60,654 nucleotides of DNA from positions 1-60,654 of the IMG/VR virus record IMGVR_UViG_3300023174_000180; one strand, written 5' to 3'. Under the pieces are notes generated by a model that worked only from the letters and a program-made list of their open reading frames with translations, was not told the DNA's origin and did no database searches. Positions 1-8,232 of the stretch are shown here, piece after piece; position 1 is the stretch's first letter; each line of letters opens with the position of its first letter. Made by a program: the position numbers and the translations under genes. The stretch comes from a virus (taxonomy: Duplodnaviria > Caudoviricetes).

Positions 1-110
1 GAGAAACTTTCGTCTAGTCTCTTTTGAGATTCTTCGATTGATTTTTTCAGTTCGGCAGAAGCCTTGTCGATATTTCCTAGGAGGATTTCTAATTTTGTTT
101 TTCTTTTCAT
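1..110 (-). CDS. small coiled-coil early protein, partial (runs off window); paralogue of 1071..1220
   Basis: Manual translation from ATG at 110: MKRKTKLEILLGNIDKASAELKKSIEESQKRLDESF...; promoter-like element directly upstream; not in ORF track. Confidence 0.75.
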   Translation of the reverse strand, partial: MKRKTKLEILLGNIDKASAELKKSIEESQKRLDESF

Positions 111-189
111 ACCTATAATCTATCACAGTTTAGAAATTTTGCAAGATATTTTTTCATTTAAATCTCGTTCACCATCAACGAGTTACAAC
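108..189. repeat. dispersed repeat copy A (start codon + promoter + ATCAACGAGTTACAAC box)
   Basis: Shares blocks aatctatcacag, gcaag, catttaaat, accatcaacga-n-ttacaac with 1218..1300 at near-identical spacing. Confidence 0.9.
117..144 (-). promoter_or_regulatory. sigma70-like early promoter, probably leaderless
   Basis: Minus strand TTGCAA-N16-TAGATT with TG extended -10; ATG 6 nt downstream. Confidence 0.65.
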
Positions 190-233
190 GCAAGGGACCC
201 GCCTTCCCTAAGTCGTTGATATTCAGCTACTTA
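174..233. repeat. inverted-repeat element (ATCAACGAGTTA ... TAAGTCGTTGATATTCAGCTACTTA)
   Basis: 174-185 is the reverse complement of 209-220 with 1 mismatch; 209-233 is an imperfect 11-3-11 palindrome. Confidence 0.75.
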
Positions 234-608
234 CAACTTATAAAACTTGTGATTGCGTATTGTAGCCACTAGCCTTGCGTCCCTAGCCCACTTAGGAGCG
301 ACGCTGATAGCGTGGTAATGGTTTGCACCCTTCACAATGCTCTGTAGCTGTTTATGCACCACTAGGTCAGCTAGGTAGAGAGCGTCTTTACCTTGAGGTG
401 TGGATAGTAGCCTCCTCTTGGTAGCCTCACTCACTCCATCATTCCAGAAGCTGAATTGCTTACGAGCTAGGCACACCTGACTCGCTGATTGATGACGCTC
501 TATCATGCGTGTTTGTATGACGCTAGCCACACCAGCCATACCTTCCATCCCTTCACCCCTAGCTTCTCCTAAGAGTGTGAGTGCTACAATGAGTAGTTCT
601 GCTGTCAT
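231..608 (-). CDS. cell wall hydrolase, SleB/Hydrolase_2 family
   Basis: Motifs LTLLGEARGEG, VASVIQTR, KQFSFWN, GANHYH, PKWA, NHKFY; start moved to ATG at 608 (GGAAGGGA upstream, just after the stop of 613..1032). Confidence 0.85.
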   Translation of the reverse strand: MTAELLIVALTLLGEARGEGMEGMAGVASVIQTRMIERHQSASQVCLARKQFSFWNDGVSEATKRRLLSTPQGKDALYLADLVVHKQLQSIVKGANHYHAISVAPKWARDARLVATIRNHKFYKL

Positions 609-612
609 AGTG

Positions 613-1032
613 TTAATCCCTTCCACTGCTGATTGCACCGCAGTAGTCGCTAGGCTTCTCTGCACTGATAGTACCAAGGCTGTATCCCTCAGAGCTAGTA
701 GCACCCCATAAGAAGCAAGTCTGCACCATATCGTCAATGATGCTCTGTGCCTTAGTCTTAGCAAGGTCAAGTAGTCCACCCTTGCGACCCTTAGCGTTGA
801 TCTTATTGACCAAGCTATGCAACGCAACCTTAGTGAGAGCTTTCTTCACATCATCGGGATGAGCGTAGAAGTAAAACGCTTTGCCGTTGCCCATATCGTG
901 CAACTTGCCGTTAGTTCCTTCCCAATTATAGATGCTATTGAAGAAGTGATTGATCTGTTTGATGCTTCCTTCGAGAAGGTAAGCATTGTTTTCGCCGAAG
1001 GTTTGGTAACTGATTTTGAGGTTTTGTTTCAT
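613..1032 (-). CDS. hypothetical early protein
   Basis: 139-aa ORF co-oriented with neighbours, with its own promoter-like element. Confidence 0.7.
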   Translation of the reverse strand: MKQNLKISYQTFGENNAYLLEGSIKQINHFFNSIYNWEGTNGKLHDMGNGKAFYFYAHPDDVKKALTKVALHSLVNKINAKGRKGGLLDLAKTKAQSIIDDMVQTCFLWGATSSEGYSLGTISAEKPSDYCGAISSGRD

Positions 1033-1038
1033 TGGTAT

Positions 1039-1067
1039 ATATTGCCTTTCTGTATTGATTTCGTCAA
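1039..1067 (-). promoter_or_regulatory. sigma70-like promoter, probably leaderless
   Basis: Minus strand TTGACG-N17-CAATAT; ATG 6 nt downstream. Confidence 0.5.
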
Positions 1068-1070
1068 GGG

Positions 1071-1220
1071 TTATTTATTCATCGCCTCTTGGTGGATAGC
1101 TTCCACCTTTTGAGCGTGAGCGTCAAGGGTTGCGATGGCCTTGGTAGAGGCATCCTTTAGGTCTTGGCTAGCTTTGTTGAGGTTTGCGATCAGTTGTTCG
1201 TATTTGCTTAATTTCTTCAT
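1071..1220 (-). CDS. 49-aa coiled-coil micro-protein (missing from ORF track)
   Basis: MKKLSKYEQLIANLNKASQDLKDASTKAIATLDAHAQKVEAIHQEAMNK*; promoter upstream; aligns with the ORF at 1..110. Confidence 0.8.
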   Translation of the reverse strand: MKKLSKYEQLIANLNKASQDLKDASTKAIATLDAHAQKVEAIHQEAMNK

Positions 1221-1300
1221 ATAGGTAATCTATCACAGAATAGGAATAGTGCAAGGGATTTTTACCATTTAAATTTCATTGACCATCAACGACTTACAAC
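1218..1300. repeat. dispersed repeat copy B
   Basis: Matches 108..189; contains ATCAACGACTTACAAC. Confidence 0.9.
1227..1254 (-). promoter_or_regulatory. sigma70-like early promoter, probably leaderless
   Basis: Minus strand TTGCAC-N16-TAGATT with TG extended -10; ATG 6 nt downstream. Confidence 0.65.
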
Positions 1301-1540
1301 AACAAAGTAAACTATACCCCCCATTTTTGAAAAAATTAGGATTTTGCTAGGACAAGAATAGCCGAGGGGGTACTAATATCATTCTCCCCAAAGCAATAAA
1401 AGTATTATTATATATATGCTTATACTACCCCCTATTTTAAAATCATTTAAAAAACAACCCTATATATTATATTTTGAAAGTTAAAAAAATCGGGGCTCTT
1501 TATTTTCATATACCTCTTTTTATATATAGGTAATATTTAA

Positions 1541-1546
1541 GTGTAA
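1541..1546 (+). promoter_or_regulatory. GTGTAA putative late-promoter motif
   Basis: 8 nt before ATG 1555. Confidence 0.7.
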
Positions 1547-1554
1547 TTTTAATT

Positions 1555-1791
1555 ATGAATAATAAAACACAAACATATTTTACAACCCTATTAGTATCAG
1601 TAGCTTTATTTGGCCTAATTAAAATAGGATTATATTACTTTAATAAACCTAAAACAGTATCCTATACTAAAGTAGACAAAAAAGAAGAAATTATATTGAT
1701 TAAAAAAGCTGAACCTGTTACTCCTAAAGAAAATAAACCAAAAGTAACAAAAAATGGCTTAACTAGTGGTGGCAATTGGCATAGTAGATGA
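1555..1791 (+). CDS. small membrane-anchored protein
   Basis: N-terminal hydrophobic helix, Lys-rich tail. Confidence 0.65.
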   Translation: MNNKTQTYFTTLLVSVALFGLIKIGLYYFNKPKTVSYTKVDKKEEIILIKKAEPVTPKENKPKVTKNGLTSGGNWHSR

Positions 1792-2138
1792 TATTACAAC
1801 GTATTAAAGACATTATTCAAGGTAAAGTCAAGATAGGAGAGCGTAGATCTCCTAAATGGAAATCTATTAGAAAAAAACATCTAATCAACCAGCCCAAATG
1901 TGCTGCTTGTGGTGGAAATAAGATATTAGAAGTACATCATATACAACCTTTTAATAAGAATCCAGAATTAGAATTAGATTTAAATAACTTAATAACCCTT
2001 TGTGAAAGCAAAAAGAATGGAGTATGCTGTCATCTCTTGTTTGGACATCTTGGAAATTATAGATCAATTAATATTAATGTAGTGCAAGATGTTAAAAATT
2101 GGTATAATAAAATAACAGAAAGACCACTATTCAAATGA
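1788..2138 (+). CDS. HNH endonuclease
   Basis: CAACG, EVHHIQP, NLITLC, CHLLFGH motifs. Confidence 0.9.
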   Translation: MILQRIKDIIQGKVKIGERRSPKWKSIRKKHLINQPKCAACGGNKILEVHHIQPFNKNPELELDLNNLITLCESKKNGVCCHLLFGHLGNYRSININVVQDVKNWYNKITERPLFK

Positions 2139-2608
2139 TTATAGTTGCTCAAAATATCTTAGTTCCTTTCTCTAATAATGCAAAGTTACCTAAAAATTTT
2201 GTTATATCAGATGCAAATTACCTATGCCCAAAGATTGAAACTGTTACAAATATAATATATCCAGCTTATGTTTGGTGGCTTAGATCTTTAAAATTAAGTA
2301 AATGGACTCATAAATGGGATTGTGACAACTTTGCTGACGCATTTAAACTTTTTGCTTGTGGGTATTATCAGCAAAACATAGATTCTGAAGCACAGGGAAT
2401 TGCTGTTGGCGTAGTGAATTATATGGCTAACTCAAGAGCAGAAGACGGATTAAAAGGTGGTCATGCTATCAATATTATCTATGCACAAAATAATAAAAAT
2501 GATGATAACATAAGCGATTTTGATGTATACTTCCTTGAACCGCAAAATGGTAGATTATATACTCTAACTCCAGAAGAGTTTAATAGTATTTGGACTGTTT
2601 ATATATAG
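2135..2608 (+). CDS. papain/transglutaminase-like cysteine protease (Agglutinin C-terminal-like)
   Basis: WDCDNFA, GHAINI, FLEPQ give a Cys-His-Glu pattern. Confidence 0.65.
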   Translation: MIIVAQNILVPFSNNAKLPKNFVISDANYLCPKIETVTNIIYPAYVWWLRSLKLSKWTHKWDCDNFADAFKLFACGYYQQNIDSEAQGIAVGVVNYMANSRAEDGLKGGHAINIIYAQNNKNDDNISDFDVYFLEPQNGRLYTLTPEEFNSIWTVYI

Positions 2609-2635
2609 GCCTTTCCTTACGGATAGTATAATTAT

Positions 2636-3337
2636 ATGATACCACCAATGAAATTAGCTGGCCCCAAAGCAGATTGCAAAAAAAATACTAATAATTTAAA
2701 AACCATGGAGGCAATTGGAAAAGCTGGCAAGCCTTTTGTCTTTTATGGCGCACTTTCTTTAGCTTTGCATCATAATACTTATTATAGATGTCATAATGAT
2801 ATCGACACCTTAATTTTAAAACAAGATAAAGATTGGTGGGTTAATTATATTAAGAATTTAGATTTCGATTTTAGAATTAAAATAAATGTTTATGAATTCG
2901 AGAAAGATTTAGATTTCTGGATACCATCTAAACCTATTCTATATGAAAGAGTAAAAGAAGATAGGCCACATTTTTTAAATAAAAAAGATTACGTTGTTGT
3001 AGATGTATCTCTTAAACACTCTTTAGAAGAGCATGAAAATTTTTATACTAAAACAATAAAAGTAAATGATCAAGATATCAAAATAATGAATCCAGACTTT
3101 TTAAAATTAACTAAAATAAGAAGAATGCAATTTTGGGATAATGACATCAAAGAAAGTGAAAAACTTCTTAATGAAGCAATAGAGTATAATCAAATTAATG
3201 ACGCACAAATCGCAGAAATCAAAAAAATAATACAAGATCAAAAAGATATGAGACTGGCAACAGATAAAAAGGATATTTTTGATATTAAGAACTATTTTAA
3301 TATTGATATTGATATTGACAACATACAAAATATGTAG
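2636..3337 (+). CDS. nucleotidyltransferase-fold protein
   Basis: FYGALSLALH...RCHNDIDTLI (G + DxD signature of Pol-beta-like NTases). Confidence 0.6.
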   Translation: MIPPMKLAGPKADCKKNTNNLKTMEAIGKAGKPFVFYGALSLALHHNTYYRCHNDIDTLILKQDKDWWVNYIKNLDFDFRIKINVYEFEKDLDFWIPSKPILYERVKEDRPHFLNKKDYVVVDVSLKHSLEEHENFYTKTIKVNDQDIKIMNPDFLKLTKIRRMQFWDNDIKESEKLLNEAIEYNQINDAQIAEIKKIIQDQKDMRLATDKKDIFDIKNYFNIDIDIDNIQNM

Positions 3338-3343
3338 TATATT
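3315..3343 (+). promoter_or_regulatory. sigma70-like promoter
   Basis: TTGACA-N17-TATATT; ATG 3351 lies 7 nt downstream. Confidence 0.7.
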
Positions 3344-3350
3344 ATCCATT

Positions 3351-3731
3351 ATGAGGATAATTATATTACTACTATTAATTACAGCTAATCTTTATTCACA
3401 AGAGTATTCTAGAGAGTATTTGAAAAACTCTTGTCTAATTAATAGCATAGGAATGTACCAAGATGTTCATGATTTTTTCAAAAATAGAAATATATGGAAT
3501 AATGTGTTAGTTATGAGCTTTACTTCAAAAGATTGTAAAGGAAGGTGCGTAGAGGAGAGTCATGCAGTTACTATTTTTAACTGGAATAATCAGTATTATG
3601 CTTATGATATAAATCAAGGATCTTGGCCAATTAGAACTAGCGCAAATTTACAAAATAGCCCATTGCTTGCAGCAAAATTAATATGTCCAAGGTGGAATAT
3701 CAAAAGCGCTAGATATTTAGTTTCCCGATAG
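3351..3731 (+). CDS. secreted protein with putative papain-like Cys-His-Asp triad
   Basis: Start revised to 3351 (signal peptide MRIIILLLLITANLYS, promoter upstream); NSCLINS, SHAVTIF, YAYDIN. Confidence 0.55.
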   Translation: MRIIILLLLITANLYSQEYSREYLKNSCLINSIGMYQDVHDFFKNRNIWNNVLVMSFTSKDCKGRCVEESHAVTIFNWNNQYYAYDINQGSWPIRTSANLQNSPLLAAKLICPRWNIKSARYLVSR

Positions 3732-3736
3732 TGTAA
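3731..3736 (+). promoter_or_regulatory. GTGTAA putative late-promoter motif
   Basis: 9 nt before ATG 3746. Confidence 0.7.
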
Positions 3737-3745
3737 TACTATTGG

Positions 3746-4678
3746 ATGTTTAAAATACTATTAGGTTTATCTACCTTAATTCTAGCTTCTTGTGGTGCCT
3801 TTTTTTCTGTTAAAGGTATAGGTCTTTTATTCTCTGGTAGTTTTTATTCTGCTATAGCTATGGCAGCAAGTTTGGAATTTGCTAAAATAATGGCTACTAG
3901 CTTTTTATATAGATATTGGAAAAAAATAAATAACATAATTAAATTTTACTTGACTTCTGCGGTTTTTATACTAATGTGCATAACAAGTTTAGGTATTTTT
4001 GGGTTTTTGAGTCAAGCTTTTTTCTCTACTAAAAGCTCAACAGACGCAATAGAGTCTCAAATGACACTTCTTCAAAATAAAAAACAATCATTAGAAGTTC
4101 AGATAGCATCTAATAACGAAAGAATAAAAGTATTAACCGACACAAGAAAAAACCAAGAGTCTAATCTAACAAAAGCTTTAGATCAATCTATAACTACTAC
4201 CATTACTAAATCTGGAGGTTTTTTTGGCAAAGATACTCAAGAAAAAGTAATAGATAAAAATTCATTAAATCTTAAAACTAAAAGCTTTGACTCGATTCAA
4301 TCTAATATAGCATCATTGGATTCAAACACAGATAAAATAAATACCTCTAATCAGAATTTATTGAATGAAATTAATATTTTGGACAAAGATATAATATCTT
4401 TAAATACTCAAGTCATTAAATCAGACATAGGAACTTATAAATTCATAGCAAAGGCATTTAATTCAGATATTGAATCAATAGTTAAAATTTTTATACTTAT
4501 AATAGTTATTATTTTTGATCCATTAGCTCTATGTCTATTACTTGCTTTTAATTTTGTTTTAAATGAAGATAAAACTATCATAAATATACCAATAGAGAAA
4601 ATTAAGGATATTTATCAAAAATTTAAAAGAGGCACAAAATCAACTCATAACAAAGAATTAGCCGACCCAAATCTTTAG
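3746..4678 (+). CDS. membrane protein with long coiled coil
   Basis: Three N-terminal TM helices, heptad-rich middle, C-terminal TM containing IFDPLA. Confidence 0.75.
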   Translation: MFKILLGLSTLILASCGAFFSVKGIGLLFSGSFYSAIAMAASLEFAKIMATSFLYRYWKKINNIIKFYLTSAVFILMCITSLGIFGFLSQAFFSTKSSTDAIESQMTLLQNKKQSLEVQIASNNERIKVLTDTRKNQESNLTKALDQSITTTITKSGGFFGKDTQEKVIDKNSLNLKTKSFDSIQSNIASLDSNTDKINTSNQNLLNEINILDKDIISLNTQVIKSDIGTYKFIAKAFNSDIESIVKIFILIIVIIFDPLALCLLLAFNFVLNEDKTIINIPIEKIKDIYQKFKRGTKSTHNKELADPNL

Positions 4679-4681
4679 TAG

Positions 4682-4710
4682 TTGACAAAATTTAATAAAT
4701 ATAGTATATT
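4682..4710 (+). promoter_or_regulatory. sigma70-like promoter
   Basis: TTGACA-N17-TATATT; ATG 4717 lies 6 nt downstream. Confidence 0.7.
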
Positions 4711-4716
4711 ATAAAT

Positions 4717-5115
4717 ATGAAATTAAAATATATACTATTAGCTCAAATTTTACTAGTTTCCTCATTAAAAGCTCAAAGCATGTGCTATATATGGAAACAT
4801 GATTACGGTTCGGCTCAAGATGCCAGAGTTAACACTTTAAAAACAGAAGTAAGCTATCATCAAAATGAATATAATAATCTTAGGAAAATTAAAAGATATA
4901 ATGATGACATATTAGTATCTAGAGCTCAAGCTAGAGCAGTTATTTTAGCCAAACAAACAGAGCATCAAAGATTGGCTAATCAAGTTTTTAATGATAGAAT
5001 GACTCCTAATTTTGAAATTAGGCGTTCAGCAGATTCTGAAGCTTTTAATGGTGTGCGAGGATTTTCTGGTTCTAGAACAAGAAGCACACTATGCTCTTCT
5101 GGATCTTGCAAATAA
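4717..5115 (+). CDS. hypothetical secreted protein
   Basis: Signal peptide-like N-terminus ending SLKA. Confidence 0.65.
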   Translation: MKLKYILLAQILLVSSLKAQSMCYIWKHDYGSAQDARVNTLKTEVSYHQNEYNNLRKIKRYNDDILVSRAQARAVILAKQTEHQRLANQVFNDRMTPNFEIRRSADSEAFNGVRGFSGSRTRSTLCSSGSCK

Positions 5116-5116
5116 C

Positions 5117-5401
5117 TTATTGAGTCAGTGCAAACTGTTTTTTAAATTTTAAATTTAATTTAAAAGAATTTACAGCTAAACCACGATCAAATCTTTTTAT
5201 GAAGTTTGTTCCTTCTTTTGGCATGACAGCTGTATATTCATTTTTTTTAGTTTTGATTACTATGTGAGTTGGAAGAACTGAAACGCTTCTTAATTTGCCT
5301 TTCATTTCTTGTTTCACTGCTCTGGCTATTGCACAATTTTGAGGATTAGCTTTTTCTCCTTCAAAAATGTTTCTTTGACTGATGTTTATGTTTTTATTCA
5401 T
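5117..5401 (-). CDS. hypothetical protein
   Basis: 94-aa ORF overlapping the upstream gene by 4 nt; NCAIARA motif. Confidence 0.7.
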   Translation of the reverse strand: MNKNINISQRNIFEGEKANPQNCAIARAVKQEMKGKLRSVSVLPTHIVIKTKKNEYTAVMPKEGTNFIKRFDRGLAVNSFKLNLKFKKQFALTQ

Positions 5402-6036
5402 TCTCTCTCCTCTATTTTATAATCATAATTATCACTGTCTTCAGTAACCCATTTGGGGCTATTTTCTGCAGTATAAATATGAGAATTTATTTTTCTTTGC
5501 AACAATAATTCATTTGGTTTTGTTGCGAAGCTTGGATCGAATACTCTTATTCTGTTATTAGGTTGTATTGCGAAATTGCCATTATCTAATTTTATAACAT
5601 GACCAGCTTTATGCTGATCTGCTCTTTGACTAAATCCAAAATTTAATTCATTGTAATCACTATGAGCCCAATCGAGAGTAAAAAGATATCTGCCCATATA
5701 TTCCTTACCGCTTCTTCCAGTATATTTTACTACTTTATTTTCTAATAAATAAAAATTTGTTATAGCTATATGATAACTAAAACTGTCCCAAAGTTCTAAT
5801 TCAGTTAATTCCATATCTGGAGCATCTTCTTTAGAGCAAAAAGCACTAATAGGTGCATGCCACCAAATTCCACCGTCTTCCATGAGAAAATTAAAAAGTG
5901 GAACTTGGCTTGGTAAGCTTGTAACTCCAAAGATTAAACATTTATATTTTTTATCGAAACTATCTTCTTGATTTCTTAAATAATTTCCTCTTACGTAACA
6001 TTCAATTGGAGGTATATTTGCATTTAAGTATGCCAC
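5398..6036 (-). CDS. hypothetical phage protein
   Basis: 212-aa ORF, GTG start, preceded by minus-strand GTGTAA. Confidence 0.8.
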   Translation of the reverse strand: MAYLNANIPPIECYVRGNYLRNQEDSFDKKYKCLIFGVTSLPSQVPLFNFLMEDGGIWWHAPISAFCSKEDAPDMELTELELWDSFSYHIAITNFYLLENKVVKYTGRSGKEYMGRYLFTLDWAHSDYNELNFGFSQRADQHKAGHVIKLDNGNFAIQPNNRIRVFDPSFATKPNELLLQRKINSHIYTAENSPKWVTEDSDNYDYKIEERE

Positions 6037-6047
6037 AGCTAATTTAT

Positions 6048-6075
6048 TTACACTAAATTAAAAAATATGGTGTAA
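6048..6075. promoter_or_regulatory. divergent pair of GTGTAA motifs (6048-6053 minus, 6070-6075 plus)
   Basis: TTACAC-N16-GTGTAA between divergent genes. Confidence 0.75.
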
Positions 6076-6092
6076 AAGAATATGTAAGTATA

Positions 6093-6818
6093 ATGTCTAA
6101 AAAGCATAAAAATAAACATAAAGAAGATAAGTCTGTTTCTGTGCCTCAAAGAGATAAAATTGAAGGGTTCTTAAATATTCGTGAATTACAATGGACAGAT
6201 AATCAAAAAATATTCATACAGCTCCTTCAAGATAAAAACACTAAAATAGTTCTTTGCAAAGGTCCAGCGGGAACAGCTAAAAGCTTACTTAGCGTTTATG
6301 CAGCTTTAAATGCTATCAATAGCAAGAAAATAGGTGAAATATTTTATGTTCGTAATCCAGTAGAAAGTTCTTCTCATAATCTTGGATTCCTTAAAGGAGA
6401 TCTCCATAGTAAACTTGATCCTTATTTACAGCCTCTTATGGATAAACTTCACGAGTTATTACCTAAAGGACAAGTAGATATGCTTTTAAAACAAGAAAGA
6501 GTAAAGGGATTACCAGTAGGATTCTTAAGAGGTTTAAGTATAAATGCAAGCTATATTATCTGTGACGAAGCTCAAAATTTAAGTATAAATGACCTTTTAC
6601 TCATTAAAACTAGAATGGGCAAATTTAGTAAACTTATCCTAATAGGAGATATTCGTCAATCGGATATTAAAAATAGTGGTTTTGAAAAAACTTATAATTT
6701 ATTCGACGATAAAACCAGCAAAGATAAAGGAATACATACTTTTAAGTTTGGTACAGAAGATATTATGAGAAATGACATCTTAGCTTATATTATAGAAAAA
6801 TTTGAAGAGTTGAAATAA
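6093..6818 (+). CDS. phoH: PhoH-family ATPase
   Basis: GPAGTAKS Walker A, LGFLKG, FLRGLS, DEAQN, TRMG, GDIRQSD, DIMRN. Confidence 0.93.
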   Translation: MSKKHKNKHKEDKSVSVPQRDKIEGFLNIRELQWTDNQKIFIQLLQDKNTKIVLCKGPAGTAKSLLSVYAALNAINSKKIGEIFYVRNPVESSSHNLGFLKGDLHSKLDPYLQPLMDKLHELLPKGQVDMLLKQERVKGLPVGFLRGLSINASYIICDEAQNLSINDLLLIKTRMGKFSKLILIGDIRQSDIKNSGFEKTYNLFDDKTSKDKGIHTFKFGTEDIMRNDILAYIIEKFEELK

Positions 6819-6830
6819 CTTAATAATTAA

Positions 6831-6836
6831 GTGTAA
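6831..6836 (+). promoter_or_regulatory. GTGTAA putative late-promoter motif
   Basis: 6 nt before GTG 6843 and 9 nt before ATG 6846. Confidence 0.7.
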
Positions 6837-6842
6837 TTCTTC

Positions 6843-8168
6843 GTGATGTCACAAAATCTTCTTTTAAAAGAAATACAAAATCAGTATGATATTACTGAGG
6901 ATAATGTTCATTCTGTTGGGTATGGAAGAAAATACAAAAATGGAGTAGATACAGGAGAATTAGCTATAGTATATTCTGTAGATAAAAAAATACCCAAAGA
7001 CCAATTACCTCCTGATCAAATTTTACCAGATAGCTTAATTATAGATGGTAAAAAATATTATACAGATATTGTGGAAGCTAAAAGAATTAAACCATTAGCC
7101 AGTTGTTGGAATTATGGATTTAATAATGGATCAGTAGATGGAACAAATGTTTTGCCACATAGACAAATACAAAGACCTCTTCAAGGAGGAATATTTATCA
7201 CTAATGTTCTAGGTACATATAATAGCTCTGCTCAAACAGTCGGGCTTGGCACTTTTGGATTAATTTGCGTAGATAAAGATACTAACACCTTAGTTGGGTT
7301 AACTAACATACACGTACCTACTCCAGATCAATTTAATGCAGTAGAAAGGACTTCTACAAACTCTGCGCATGTTAGAAATGTTTTACAAACTGGAACTTTT
7401 ACTAGCGCTTCCGATGGATCACAAGTGCAAATTCCAGACTGTATTCAACAATTCAGTGAATCAGATTTTTTGTTGACCAATATTATAAATTTATTACCTG
7501 GATATGAAATAGGTAGAATTAAAAAATATCAACCTCTGAGATCTACTGGAAACGGAACAAACTATATAGATTCTTTGGTTTTTACTTTGATAGCAAGTAA
7601 AGTTAGTAATTCAGTTTCTTTTAAACAATTGGGGCAAAGTTTTTCTTCAGCATTACCTTGGGCGACAACAGCAGAACTAAATGATTTATTAGTTTCTAAT
7701 CCATATCTTTATTCATCTGGCAGAACAACAGGAAGAAAAGGGGATACTTGCAAATTAAGAATAATTTCTACTAATAATACGACCAGTCTTCTTTATGTAA
7801 GACAAGGAGTTTCAGTTCAAGCAACCATGTCAGATGTTTTTACTTTTGGATGGGAAAATCCTTCTTTATTATCTCCAGTCTATGGTGGAGATTCTGGGTC
7901 AGCTATAATAGCAGTAATAAATGGTACGCCTAAAATCATAGGATTAATTTTTGCTGGCGACGGTGCAGAAAATCAAGAAGCAACAATAGGCGTAGGATGT
8001 AGAATAGATCGTATAGCTAGTATACTAAATCTAGAAGCTTGGGATGGATCAAGTAAGAACGTAGATTCTAGTGCAAATCTCGATGTACAATATATAAATG
8101 GTCTAGATTCGGCAGTTACGAAAACTATAAATAATAAAAAATACTGGCAAGTAGGAATTTCGACTTAA
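6843..8168 (+). CDS. trypsin-like serine protease with N-terminal pro-domain-like region
   Basis: GTFG, LTNIHV (His), YIDS (Asp), SGRTTG, GGDSGS (Ser), IGLIFAG. Confidence 0.85.
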   Translation: MMSQNLLLKEIQNQYDITEDNVHSVGYGRKYKNGVDTGELAIVYSVDKKIPKDQLPPDQILPDSLIIDGKKYYTDIVEAKRIKPLASCWNYGFNNGSVDGTNVLPHRQIQRPLQGGIFITNVLGTYNSSAQTVGLGTFGLICVDKDTNTLVGLTNIHVPTPDQFNAVERTSTNSAHVRNVLQTGTFTSASDGSQVQIPDCIQQFSESDFLLTNIINLLPGYEIGRIKKYQPLRSTGNGTNYIDSLVFTLIASKVSNSVSFKQLGQSFSSALPWATTAELNDLLVSNPYLYSSGRTTGRKGDTCKLRIISTNNTTSLLYVRQGVSVQATMSDVFTFGWENPSLLSPVYGGDSGSAIIAVINGTPKIIGLIFAGDGAENQEATIGVGCRIDRIASILNLEAWDGSSKNVDSSANLDVQYINGLDSAVTKTINNKKYWQVGIST

Positions 8169-8196
8169 TTTTATTAATTTTAATAGTTAAAAATTA

Positions 8197-8202
8197 GTGT
8201 AA
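8197..8202 (+). promoter_or_regulatory. GTGTAA putative late-promoter motif
   Basis: 30 nt before ATG 8233, with AAGGA in the leader. Confidence 0.65.
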
Positions 8203-8232
8203 CTTTTTTAAAGGAATAAGAATAGTCTATTT

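Noticed and set aside
609-827. N-terminal extension of the 231..827 ORF
   Set aside because: Overlaps 613..1032 on the same strand; hydrolase motifs and an RBS support a start at 608
505-1113. Plus-strand ORFs 505..711 and 817..1113
   Set aside because: Antisense shadows of better-supported minus-strand genes
2636-3337. Antibiotic-resistance nucleotidyltransferase call
   Set aside because: Only the generic NTase motif is visible; the substrate cannot be inferred
3279-3350. Upstream start of ORF 3279..3731
   Set aside because: Overlaps the NTase gene; promoter and signal peptide point to ATG 3351
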